Source: Candidatus Omnitrophota bacterium (GTDB lineage: Bacteria; Omnitrophota; Gorgyraeia; JABMRN01; RBG-13-46-9). Taken from it: 64,000 bases of DNA. Numbering within the stretch: the first letter of the stretch is position 1; each line of letters begins with the position of its first letter. The stretch covers positions 16,382-80,381 of the forward strand of contig JABMQJ010000001.1 of NCBI GenBank assembly GCA_013203315.1, in the 5' to 3' direction. Shown piece after piece: positions 53,335 to 62,477 of this stretch. A program made the translations under genes and the position numbers. The notes under the pieces were generated by a model, which made no database searches, was not told the DNA's origin, and saw only the letters and a program-made list of their open reading frames with translations.

Positions 53335-54477
53335 TTAGGCCCCAAAATACCTTTCCATCGAAAAGTATCTCTCACCCGTATCGGGTAAAATTGTAACTAC
53401 AAGTTTATCTTTTCCCAACTTTTTAGCGACCTCAAGCGCCGCCCAGACTGCCGCACCTGCGGATATCCCCACAAACAATCCTTCGAGTGTGGCAAGCTTT
53501 CTTGAGGTTGTAAAAGCATCGTCGTCATTTACCTGTATTATTTCATCAATCACTTTTTTATTAAGGACATCCGGAATAAATCCGGCGCCGATACCCTGTA
53601 TTTTATGTGGACCGGGCTTCCCGCCGGATAATACTGGGCTCGCCTTTGGTTCAACAGCAATAATTTTAACTTCCGGATATTCTTTTTTTAATGCTTCTCC
53701 TACACCTGTTATGGTCCCGCCCGTCCCAACGCCGGAAACAAAGGCGTCTATCTTTTTATCAACTGCCTCAAGTATTTCTTGAGCGGTTGTATCTCTATGA
53801 GCCTGCGGGTTTGCCTTATTTTTAAACTGCTGAGGCATAAAGCTATTCGGTGTTTTCTTAAGAAGCTGTTCGGCTTTTTTTATGGAGCCCTGCATCCCCT
53901 CTGCGCCCGGGGTAAGAACTACTTGTGCGCCAAAAGACTTAAGTATGTAAATTCTTTCGAGACTCATGGTTTCAGGCATTGTAAGAATGCATTTATAACC
54001 CTTTACAGCAGATACCATGGCAAGGCCAATTCCGGTATTCCCGCTTGTCGGTTCAATTATGGTTGCACCTTTTTTCAGGAGGCCCTTACGCTCGGCGTCT
54101 TCTACCATCGAAAGGCATATCCTGTCTTTAACACTGCCGCCGGGATTATAAAATTCAAGTTTTCCAAAAATATCCGCCATGCCGGGCTCGACAATATTAT
54201 TCAGCTTGACCATGGGGGTGTTGCCTATCAATTCTAATATATTGCGCGCCGCTTTTCGGCCGCCTTTTTCACAGCCGCCGCCCATGAAATATACAAATTC
54301 CAGCTTGTCATTGGTTTTAAGCGAGGTGTCGCTGTATTTACCTCTCTCTATAATCTTCTCGTTTAATTCGACCGTAACGACTTCCGGCTTTATATTCTTG
54401 TCCGCCAGGAGCTCGGCAACGCTCATGTCATCGCCGATTTCTTCCTTTTTGCCATTTAAATAGATTGTCGTCATCAT
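53335..54477 (-). CDS. fusion of an N-terminal ThiS/MoaD-like domain to cysteine synthase (CysK/CysM family)
   Basis: The first ~65 aa form a ThiS-like beta-grasp ending FVYFMGGG; then cysteine synthase motifs GNTPMV, KLEFYNPGGSVKDR and TSGNTGIGLA. Confidence 0.7.
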   Translation of the reverse strand: MMTTIYLNGKKEEIGDDMSVAELLADKNIKPEVVTVELNEKIIERGKYSDTSLKTNDKLEFVYFMGGGCEKGGRKAARNILELIGNTPMVKLNNIVEPGMADIFGKLEFYNPGGSVKDRICLSMVEDAERKGLLKKGATIIEPTSGNTGIGLAMVSAVKGYKCILTMPETMSLERIYILKSFGAQVVLTPGAEGMQGSIKKAEQLLKKTPNSFMPQQFKNKANPQAHRDTTAQEILEAVDKKIDAFVSGVGTGGTITGVGEALKKEYPEVKIIAVEPKASPVLSGGKPGPHKIQGIGAGFIPDVLNKKVIDEIIQVNDDDAFTTSRKLATLEGLFVGISAGAAVWAALEVAKKLGKDKLVVTILPDTGERYFSMERYFGA

Positions 54478-54489
54478 CCCGATACCTCC

Positions 54490-55773
54490 TTATTTTTTTA
54501 AAACCTCACTGATTACTTCCAAAGTTTTCTCTATGTCCCCCTTGCTGTGCGCAAGGGATAAGAAATTCGCTTCAAATCCGGACGGAGAAAAATATATACC
54601 TTGTTTCAATAAGCCGTGAAAAAATCTTTTAAATGAATCCGTATCTTGTTTTTTCGCGGTCCTGTAGTCTACGACAGCCTCATTTGTAAAAAATACGCTA
54701 AACATTGAACCGACGCGGTTTACTCTAAGGGCTATTTTGTCCGCAGCGGCTATTTTTTCTATTCCCTCACATAATTCTTCGGTTTTGTTTTTCAGTTCTG
54801 CGTAAGGATTTTTTTCTTTCAATATATTTAAAGTTGTGATGCCAGCTTTTACGGCTATGGGGTTACCTGATAATGTCCCCGCCTGGTAAACACCACCCTG
54901 GGGCGCCAGAAGCGATATAACATCTTTCCTGCCGCCAAAAGCGCCTACCGGCAGTCCGCCTCCTATGATCTTTCCGAGGCAGGTTATATCCGGTATTATA
55001 CCAAAAAGTGCCTGTGCGCCACCATATAAATACCGAAATCCGGTAATAACCTCATCAAATATTAAAAGTGCACCATGTTGATCAGCTATTTTTCTTAACC
55101 CTTTAAGGAAACCCGCCTCCGGAGGAATGACGCCACAATTTCCGGCTACAGGTTCAACAATTATGGCGGCCAAATCTTCTTTGTACTTTTCGGCTATTTT
55201 TTCCGTTTCCTCGATATCATTGTAAGGCGCTACAATCGTGTGCTTGGTAAAGTCTTTCGGCACTCCTAGACTATCGGGCATGCTAAGCGTAGCAGCACCG
55301 GATCCTGATTTTACCAAAAGATAGTCCGCGTGGCCGTGATATGCGCCTTCGAATTTTATAATTTTGTTTCTTTTGGTATAGCCCCTTGCAAGTCTTATAG
55401 CACTCATTACCGCTTCTGTGCCGGAGCTGGTAAGCCTCACCTGTTCGACCGAAGGGATCGCTTCAACAATAAGTCGCGCCAACTCTGTCTCTTTTGTAGT
55501 GGCCGCACCGAAGCTCGTCCCATCTTTTACGGCTTTTTCAAGCGCCTTTGTTACTTCCGGATACGCGTGGCCGAGTATCATAGTGCCCCATGAAAGGCAA
55601 TAGTCGATGAATTCGCCGCCGCACTCACCGTAAAGCTTTGAGCCGCTGCCGCGCTTTACGAACACGGGATAGCCGCCGACAGCCTTGAAAGATCTTACGG
55701 GGCTATTTACGCCACCCGGGATGAATCTCTTGGCATCATTTAATAAATCTTTCGCGATTCCTACCCCAGCCAT
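54490..55773 (-). CDS. hemL: glutamate-1-semialdehyde 2,1-aminomutase
   Basis: Class III aminotransferase; 427 aa; HemL family pattern. Confidence 0.9.
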   Translation of the reverse strand: MAGVGIAKDLLNDAKRFIPGGVNSPVRSFKAVGGYPVFVKRGSGSKLYGECGGEFIDYCLSWGTMILGHAYPEVTKALEKAVKDGTSFGAATTKETELARLIVEAIPSVEQVRLTSSGTEAVMSAIRLARGYTKRNKIIKFEGAYHGHADYLLVKSGSGAATLSMPDSLGVPKDFTKHTIVAPYNDIEETEKIAEKYKEDLAAIIVEPVAGNCGVIPPEAGFLKGLRKIADQHGALLIFDEVITGFRYLYGGAQALFGIIPDITCLGKIIGGGLPVGAFGGRKDVISLLAPQGGVYQAGTLSGNPIAVKAGITTLNILKEKNPYAELKNKTEELCEGIEKIAAADKIALRVNRVGSMFSVFFTNEAVVDYRTAKKQDTDSFKRFFHGLLKQGIYFSPSGFEANFLSLAHSKGDIEKTLEVISEVLKK

Positions 55774-56720
55774 TTTATAACCTCTTTTCCGAAATAAGTT
55801 ATTATACGATCCGCACCTGCTCTTTTCATAGAAGTTAGCGCCTCCAGCACAAGTTCTTTTTCCTTGGCACTGTCTCCATCGGCAAGTTTTTTAATCATGG
55901 TATATTCTCCGCTTACGCTGAAAGCGGCTATTGGTGTCTTAAATTTTTTCTTTGCTTTGTAAAGGATGTCCAGGTACGCAAGTGCGGGTTTAACCATGAC
56001 GAGATCCGCACCTTCTTTAATATCCTCTTCTATTTTCGCTAAACCCCGATCGGTGTTTCTGGGGTCCAGTTGATAACTCGTTCTATCCCCAAACTTGGGC
56101 GACGAATTAAGCGCCTCTCTAAACGGCCCATAGAAATTAGACGCGTACTTGGCTGAATAAGCCAGTATCTTTGTGGATTTGAAGCCTTCGCAGTCTAAGG
56201 CGTGTCTTATCACCGCGACTTGGCCGTCCATCACAGCAGAAGGCGCAACAAAATCCGCCCCTGCCCTAGCGTGTGAGACGGCAATTTTAGCCAGCGTCTC
56301 CAATGTAGCTTTTTTATCTACGGCCAGCTTCGCTTTTTGCTTTCCTTTTTTTAATATCCTGCAATGCCCGTGAGAGGTATAAGCGCAAAGGCAAACATCC
56401 GTAACAACTTTTAAGTTTTTGAATTCTTTCTTTATTGCCCTTATGGCTTTCTGGATGAGGCCGAATTCATGATAAGCGGCAGAAGCTGTATCGTTTTTTG
56501 TTTTGGACACGCCAAAAAGAAGCACCTCTTCGATGCCCCGGGCCGATCTTATGTCCTTGATCAAGTTATCGACAGAAAAGTGATAAATACCGGGCATCGA
56601 ACGGATAGGCCGCTTCACATCCTTACCACCAACAACAAAATAAGGAGTAATTATGTCTTTTTTCTTTAGTTTAAAAGTCCGCATCGTTTCGCCTCTTTTA
56701 GTGTCACGCGACCTATGCAT
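55761..56720 (-). CDS. hemB: porphobilinogen synthase (delta-aminolevulinate dehydratase)
   Basis: Conserved active-site Lys region; start is likely the internal MRTFKLKK. Confidence 0.9.
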   Translation of the reverse strand: MHRSRDTKRGETMRTFKLKKKDIITPYFVVGGKDVKRPIRSMPGIYHFSVDNLIKDIRSARGIEEVLLFGVSKTKNDTASAAYHEFGLIQKAIRAIKKEFKNLKVVTDVCLCAYTSHGHCRILKKGKQKAKLAVDKKATLETLAKIAVSHARAGADFVAPSAVMDGQVAVIRHALDCEGFKSTKILAYSAKYASNFYGPFREALNSSPKFGDRTSYQLDPRNTDRGLAKIEEDIKEGADLVMVKPALAYLDILYKAKKKFKTPIAAFSVSGEYTMIKKLADGDSAKEKELVLEALTSMKRAGADRIITYFGKEVIKWLG

Positions 56721-58069
56721 CTAATCTTTACGGCCTTGGGCACTTTCTTATATCTTTTTTTGAAACTTCTCACCGTTGACGGGCTCGTAAACATTATCTC
56801 GTCGAAATTCGTAATATCAAGATCCGGAAGATTATCCGGTATTGTATTTTTGTAAGCTACGCATGGAAAAATCGTGGCGCCTTCTTTTTTTAATCCCTCG
56901 GTCAGGCCCTTGTCAGCAATATCCGAACGCGGTAACAAAATATTCTTTTTGATAAGATTTATTTTTTTCAGTTCCGCAAGCAACCCCTTCGAAGATTCGT
57001 CCTTCGGGACAAGATCCGGAAATACGCCGAACTCTTTTAATTTTTCGGCAGTAGAGTTTCCGATAGCGGCAACCTTGATACCCCCCATTTTACGGGTGTC
57101 GAGCCTGAGTTTAAACAGCCGCTCGAAGAAGTAGAGCGCGGCGTAACGGCTCGTAAAGACAATCCAATCAAAAGCTTTAAGTTTTCTTATAAGCTCGTCA
57201 AGCTTTGTATAATCTTTTAGAGGTTTTATTTCAATAAGCGGAAGATGAAAAATTAAACCCTTCTCATAAGGCCTGTGATTTGAGAGTCCCGTGAAAAGAA
57301 TTTTCCTGGATTTTTTAAACCAGCCAAATTCTTTTTCTTTCCTCACCACTTCGCCGATTATAATAATTGCGGGCGCTTTTATATTTTCTTTTTTGACAAT
57401 AGCGCCTATATACTTTAATCTGCCGGTTACTGTCCTTTGGTTTATTTTCGAAACGTTGGAAATAACGGCAACGCTTGTGTTTTTGTTTTTGCCTTTTGAG
57501 ATAAGCGTATCCGCGATCCGGGAAATGCTTCCTACTGCCATGTATAAAACAATCGTTCCACCTTTTGCAAGCTCATCCCAATTGATAGAGCTTTTTTTCT
57601 TTTTAGGGTCCTCATGCCCGGTAACAAATGCAACGCTTGAAGCGAAACCCTTTGACGTAAGCGGAATACCACTATAACAGGCTGCCGCTTGAGCTGCGGT
57701 AACTCCGGGAATCACGGAAAACTCTATTCCTTTCTTGATTAAACCCCTGATTTCTTCAGTGGCCCTGCCAAAGACAAAAGGATCTCCGTTTTTTAGCCTC
57801 ATTACATTTTTACCCTTTTGGGCCCTATCTACAAGCAGCTTGTTTATCAAATTCTGCCTTTTGGAAAATCCGTCGCTATGACGGACCCTGTCCAGTTTAT
57901 CGGCGCATACGAGTTCTGAGGCGGGGTTTGCGTATTGCAAAACCCTCTTATCTACAAGCCGGTCGTATACAATAACATCGGCCTGCTTAAGAGCCTCTAG
58001 GCCCTTGACCGTGATCAAATCCGGCTCGCCGGGCCCTGCGCCTGCTAAAAAAACTTTACCCTTTTTCAT
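56666..58069 (-). CDS. uroporphyrinogen-III C-methyltransferase / uroporphyrinogen-III synthase fusion (CobA-HemD)
   Basis: N-terminal SUMT motifs (FLAGAGPGEPDLIT) plus a C-terminal HemD domain; 467 aa. Confidence 0.85.
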   Translation of the reverse strand: MKKGKVFLAGAGPGEPDLITVKGLEALKQADVIVYDRLVDKRVLQYANPASELVCADKLDRVRHSDGFSKRQNLINKLLVDRAQKGKNVMRLKNGDPFVFGRATEEIRGLIKKGIEFSVIPGVTAAQAAACYSGIPLTSKGFASSVAFVTGHEDPKKKKSSINWDELAKGGTIVLYMAVGSISRIADTLISKGKNKNTSVAVISNVSKINQRTVTGRLKYIGAIVKKENIKAPAIIIIGEVVRKEKEFGWFKKSRKILFTGLSNHRPYEKGLIFHLPLIEIKPLKDYTKLDELIRKLKAFDWIVFTSRYAALYFFERLFKLRLDTRKMGGIKVAAIGNSTAEKLKEFGVFPDLVPKDESSKGLLAELKKINLIKKNILLPRSDIADKGLTEGLKKEGATIFPCVAYKNTIPDNLPDLDITNFDEIMFTSPSTVRSFKKRYKKVPKAVKIRCIGRVTLKEAKRCGLLN

Positions 58070-58746
58070 ATTACAGCCGTTTCTCTTGAATCTATTTTTG
58101 AGAGAATTTCTATTAAGTCAGAATCCTCCGCCCTTGCGATAACTGCAAGACGCCCCTGCAAGGGGTGCGGCTCAAGTATATGTGGCGGTAAAATTTCGGT
58201 TATTCTTTCTTCTAATCCCAGACGAATCAAGCCTGCAGCGGCTATTACTATGGCATTTAAGCTTGTTGTTTCCAATATCTTAAGTCTTTCCTGGATATTA
58301 CCCCGGATATCTACAAGCTCAAAATCCGGCCTGAATTTCTTCAATGCCTCTTTACGGCGAATGCTGCTTGTCCCGATCCGCGCGCCAAATGGTAGACTAT
58401 CTAACTTTAATCCATCTCTTGAAACTAAAACATCGTACGGATCGATCGATTCCGTAAGCGCTGCTATGTGAAACCCCTCCGCTAAAACAAAAGGCACGTC
58501 TTTTGCGCTATGCACGGCAAAATCAATTTCACCTAAAAGAAGCGCCTGATCTATCTCTTTTGTAAAGAAGTCCTCACCTTCTATATACGATATGGGTGTG
58601 AACTTATCTTTGTCGCCGCAGGTATCTATACCCACTATTTCGGCTTTAAGGGACGTTCCTGCGTCATTTAAAGCATTTAAAATTTCTTCTACCTGCTTTA
58701 ACGCGAGAGGACTAGTTCTGGTTCCGATTTTGTAAGTTTTCGCCAT
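58066..58746 (-). CDS. hemC: hydroxymethylbilane synthase (porphobilinogen deaminase), apparently lacking C-terminal domain 3
   Basis: N-terminus KIGTRTSPLALKQ and domains 1-2 are present, but the ORF stops at 226 aa (...SRETAVI). The region carrying the dipyrromethane-cofactor Cys (GGCQVP in E. coli) is missing. Confidence 0.65.
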   Translation of the reverse strand: MAKTYKIGTRTSPLALKQVEEILNALNDAGTSLKAEIVGIDTCGDKDKFTPISYIEGEDFFTKEIDQALLLGEIDFAVHSAKDVPFVLAEGFHIAALTESIDPYDVLVSRDGLKLDSLPFGARIGTSSIRRKEALKKFRPDFELVDIRGNIQERLKILETTSLNAIVIAAAGLIRLGLEERITEILPPHILEPHPLQGRLAVIARAEDSDLIEILSKIDSRETAVI

Positions 58747-59729
58747 ACTGTACCTGCTTCTATATCTATAATTTGTCTTACTTTTTTTGCGATTTCTGTT
58801 TTCTTTTCTATATTTTCTTTAATCACAGTATCCAAGTCTTCCAGGCCGAATAAATCTACGTTTTCGATTCTTTTTACCTCGGGATCAACGTCCCTTGGTA
58901 AGGCAAGATCTATTATTAATAGTTTCCCGTTTTGCTTCTCTTTGAAGGTTTCTTTCTTGATTATAAAATGCGGGCTGGCGGTAGCCGTTATAACGATATC
59001 CGCCTTACCCAGTGATTCTCTTAGGTTATCAAATCTTACCGCCTGCGCCCCGATCTGGGAAGCAAACTCTCGTGCCCTGGAAAAGGTCCTATTTGATACG
59101 AAAACTACAGAGGCCCTTTCTTTTTCCAGGTATTTCAAAACAAGTTCCGTAACCTTCCCTACCCCTATGATCAAAATTATTTTATTTTCCAGCCGGCCTA
59201 TTTTTTTCTTTATAAAGTCTATGGCCACGCTTCCCACCGATACTTTCCCCTCGGATATCTTCGTCGTCGCATGCATGTCCTTGGCAAAGAAGAACGCAGA
59301 ATTAAATACGCCGTCTAATAGCTTATCCGTAAAACCAATGCTTTGACTTTTTAAAAAGGAGGCCCTAACCTGGCCCAGCACTTGTGTTTCGCCGAGTATA
59401 AGAGAATCAGTTCCACTCGCAACTGAGAACAAATGCTTTAACGCTCCCTCGTCCGCATACCTATATAGGTAAGGCGAGATACTTTCTTTATCGATTTGGT
59501 GATACCGTGAAATAAAGTCTTCCAATTCCCATAGCCCCTTATCTTTATTGTCTGTGCTTGCATAAATCTCTGTTCTATTACACGTCGAGATTATAATAGC
59601 TCCGTTTAAACCGGTGTTTTCCTTTAAAAAAGAGATCTCATCCCTTACCCGCTTTTTGGAAAAAGCGATTCTTTCCCTGAACTCTACCGGACTATATTTA
59701 TGGTTTGTTCCTACTAATATGAGATTCAC
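58698..59729 (-). CDS. hemA: glutamyl-tRNA reductase (short form)
   Basis: IISTCNRTEIY catalytic Cys motif and NADPH domain; 343 aa, with a shortened C-terminal dimerisation region. Confidence 0.8.
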   Translation of the reverse strand: MNLILVGTNHKYSPVEFRERIAFSKKRVRDEISFLKENTGLNGAIIISTCNRTEIYASTDNKDKGLWELEDFISRYHQIDKESISPYLYRYADEGALKHLFSVASGTDSLILGETQVLGQVRASFLKSQSIGFTDKLLDGVFNSAFFFAKDMHATTKISEGKVSVGSVAIDFIKKKIGRLENKIILIIGVGKVTELVLKYLEKERASVVFVSNRTFSRAREFASQIGAQAVRFDNLRESLGKADIVITATASPHFIIKKETFKEKQNGKLLIIDLALPRDVDPEVKRIENVDLFGLEDLDTVIKENIEKKTEIAKKVRQIIDIEAGTVWRKLTKSEPELVLSR

Positions 59730-60169
59730 TTTATTTCTATTTCCTCTTCGGTGATCTTGCCTTCTACGATCTTAAATGATCTTACGCTTGGACTTGCCTC
59801 ATCCTTTATTGAAACTATCACGTATGACGAGTCAGGATAGTAGGCCAGCTTCACATCATGCGACGAAGGAAAGGCTTCTGTTTCTAAATGTGAGTGGTAT
59901 ATGCCAACCATTTCCAGGCCCAGGGTTCTTATCTCTTTGGTGACTTTAAGCTGTTCTTTAGGGTCCATTAAAAATGTCTGTCCGCTGTTGTCCGCATTGG
60001 CCATAAGATATATCTTCGTTACTTTTGATATCCGCCGAAGCCTACCTGCTGCGAATTTCTCCTCTGGCGTAGGCGGACCGGCAAGTATACCGCAAGCCTC
60101 GCTGGGGGCCTCTTTCTTTGAATACTCCACTAAATCATCTATATGCTTCCGGCTTAAAGAAATCATCAC
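59726..60169 (-). CDS. JAMM/MPN+ metalloprotease (Mec+-like)
   Basis: JAMM motif HSHLETEAFPSSHD (HxHx7Sx2D); 147 aa. Confidence 0.75.
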   Translation of the reverse strand: MMISLSRKHIDDLVEYSKKEAPSEACGILAGPPTPEEKFAAGRLRRISKVTKIYLMANADNSGQTFLMDPKEQLKVTKEIRTLGLEMVGIYHSHLETEAFPSSHDVKLAYYPDSSYVIVSIKDEASPSVRSFKIVEGKITEEEIEIK

Positions 60170-60177
60170 AGGGCTCC

Positions 60178-61143
60178 TTAAATCTTGTCAAGTACTGCTG
60201 TCAGTAAAAATGATATGATAAGCGCAATAATCGGTGTCACGATCCAGGTCATATATGTTTTTCTTGTTACAGGGTTAGTAAATGTTGTCTTATGTCCGTT
60301 TTTTAGACCTCCTACGGCAAACAGACAAGCCACTTTGATCATTACAAAGGACTGCGGCACACCTAAGAGAGAGGCCACTATCATAAGCGTTCCGGTAACA
60401 AGGCATACAATCGTCGCCGATAAAACGCCTAACGGCACTATTTTTTCGCCCGCGGTCTTAAGCGAGCCATGGAATACAAGGCTTCCTAACCCAAAAATAG
60501 GCGCGATTAAAATAAGTCCGAGCGTTGTACTTAAAATTCCGGCCCCGGAAAGCGGACCCACGACATTGGCTACATTATTCGCGCCCACTGAAAAGGCGTT
60601 ATAGCAACTTGCAATTATCACGAATAGTTTCAACCTATCGGTGTGATTAACCAGTTTTTCATAGATCCAGAAATTATTATTTTTCGGCGGATATACGACT
60701 TTTCCCAAAAGATATGTTAAGAAATAGCCTAAAACCGGCAAAAGTACCCAAAAAGGCACCAGGTATAATAAGGTTTTGGTGTATACACTCCTGTAATACA
60801 GACCCACACCTAATATAGATGCGACCGTAACCAGGCTCGTGGACTGTGGCACATGCAATCTATTCGCCACAAATAAACTGAGCGTCGCTGAAATCAAAAT
60901 CACGAGGATAACGTTAATCCCCATAAGCTCATGCGGAATGATCTTATTGCCCAAAGTCTCTGAAACAGGCTTACCTATAAGAACAGCCCCTAGAAAGACA
61001 AATATAGCAAAAAGAATCTGCGCCCGAGCTCTGGTGATAATTTTGCCACCGTGCGCGGCGGCAAAAGAAGCGCCAAAGTTGCTTCCGCCCATATTAAGAG
61101 CGAAAAGAATAGCCAGTATTGCTAAAACGATATAGTGTGCCAA
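60178..61143 (-). CDS. PiT-family inorganic anion permease (candidate sulfate permease CysP-like)
   Basis: PHO4/PiT-family repeats (GANNVAN, two halves); sits in a sulfur-assimilation context. Confidence 0.65.
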   Translation of the reverse strand: MAHYIVLAILAILFALNMGGSNFGASFAAAHGGKIITRARAQILFAIFVFLGAVLIGKPVSETLGNKIIPHELMGINVILVILISATLSLFVANRLHVPQSTSLVTVASILGVGLYYRSVYTKTLLYLVPFWVLLPVLGYFLTYLLGKVVYPPKNNNFWIYEKLVNHTDRLKLFVIIASCYNAFSVGANNVANVVGPLSGAGILSTTLGLILIAPIFGLGSLVFHGSLKTAGEKIVPLGVLSATIVCLVTGTLMIVASLLGVPQSFVMIKVACLFAVGGLKNGHKTTFTNPVTRKTYMTWIVTPIIALIISFLLTAVLDKI

Positions 61144-61164
61144 GTATTGCCTCTTCTAGATACC

Positions 61165-61887
61165 TTAGATGCCGTCGCCGCCAATATTTTTAAGGGGTCT
61201 GGTGTGAATACCGCATTCACCGCCGCATTTGCTCGTGCCGATCCAGCGGCCCGCGCGCTCATCGTCTTCAACTGTAATTTTTGTGCAGGGCGCGCAGCCC
61301 AATGAACGGTACCCTAACCCATAGAGAGGATTTACTTTTACTTCGTTAAGCGCCAGATACTCCCAGACCTCTCTTTCCTTCCAGATAAGAATCGGATTTA
61401 ATTTTACAAGGCCCTTGTCCCGCTCCTCTACCTCTTTAAAGTCTGTACGAGTTCTGCCTTCGGTGCAACGCAGGCCCGTAATCCAGCATGTTACCTTCAT
61501 CTCTTCTACGGCTTTTCTTGTGGGCTCTACCTTTAATATATCGCAGCACTTATCAGGTTTAGTTTCGTAAAGCTTATCCGGTATTTCAACGTCATTTTTG
61601 TAAACCTTGAGCTCCGGGAACCTGGCAACTTCTTCATTCATAAATTTAATGGTTGCCTTTGGTTTATAGCGCGTAGTTACTATAAAGCCTCTTATCTTGG
61701 GGTTTACTTTTCTTGCAAGATCCCAAATAGCAACGGAATCTTTCCCCAGGCTATTGGCCACCACAAGCCCATCACCGTATTTCTTATACGCTTCTTCGAT
61801 AAGCGCAAGCGACCTTTCAACTTTTTCTTTAAAATTCAGCGTGTCGACTAGTTTTTTTAGATCATCGTTGTTCTTCAATATGCTCAC
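61165..61887 (-). CDS. APS/PAPS reductase family protein with Fe-S Cys motifs (CysH-like)
   Basis: PAPS reductase PP-loop-like fold; KCCDIL...GCAPC...KCGGEC Cys pattern. Confidence 0.75.
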   Translation of the reverse strand: MSILKNNDDLKKLVDTLNFKEKVERSLALIEEAYKKYGDGLVVANSLGKDSVAIWDLARKVNPKIRGFIVTTRYKPKATIKFMNEEVARFPELKVYKNDVEIPDKLYETKPDKCCDILKVEPTRKAVEEMKVTCWITGLRCTEGRTRTDFKEVEERDKGLVKLNPILIWKEREVWEYLALNEVKVNPLYGLGYRSLGCAPCTKITVEDDERAGRWIGTSKCGGECGIHTRPLKNIGGDGI

Positions 61888-61914
61888 TTTCTTTTCCTCC
61901 TTTACAATACATCG

Positions 61915-62337
61915 TTATATTTGGTAAGCAAATGCTCCCCTTTTTCCTTTGGACCTCTCCGCTATATCTTCAAAAGTGACTTTATCCAGTATTTTGGCTA
62001 TAGCGCCATCGACCTCATCCCAAATCGCCGCAAATACAGATTCTCTTTTTGCAACTGATTTGGACGCAGTTAAAAGAGGGCCTCCTATCCGGCGCATCAC
62101 TTCGCCCAGCGTTATTTCATTCGGAGGCTTGGCCAGGTTATACCCGCCGTCCTTACCTCTTATGCTCGAGACCTGACCCATTCTTTTGAGTTGAATTAGA
62201 ATTTGTACCAAGTATCTAATAGGTATACTCTGTCTATCGGATATAGTGTGAATTTGTAGCGGCGCATCCCCCGGCCAATGCAGTGATAGCTCCAAAAGCG
62301 CCTTACATGCATAGTCACATCTTGCTGAAATTCTCAT
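61915..62337 (-). CDS. Rrf2 family transcriptional regulator (CymR/IscR-like)
   Basis: Rrf2 wHTH N-terminus (MRISARCDYACKALLELS); 140 aa. Confidence 0.8.
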   Translation of the reverse strand: MRISARCDYACKALLELSLHWPGDAPLQIHTISDRQSIPIRYLVQILIQLKRMGQVSSIRGKDGGYNLAKPPNEITLGEVMRRIGGPLLTASKSVAKRESVFAAIWDEVDGAIAKILDKVTFEDIAERSKGKRGAFAYQI

Positions 62338-62373
62338 ATTAACTCCCTACTTGCCGCCGGCAAGCTTTATTGC

Positions 62374-62440
62374 TATACTTTACTATGTTTATCAACATAG
62401 TAAAGTATACACTAAAAGAGCCATACTGTCAAGAAAAACT
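62374..62440 (-). promoter_or_regulatory. promoter TTGACA-17-TATACT with perfect 14-bp inverted repeat operator TATACTTTACTATG-N8-CATAGTAAAGTATA, upstream of the Rrf2 gene
   Basis: Minus strand reads tTTGACAgtatggctcttttagtgTATACTttactatgttgataaacatagtaaagtata. The inverted repeat spans the -10 and TSS and is followed by the GC palindrome TTGCCGCCGGCAA. Confidence 0.55.
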
Positions 62441-62477
62441 TTATTTTTTTATAGGTGTGTTTAAAAGCCGGCTTGCG

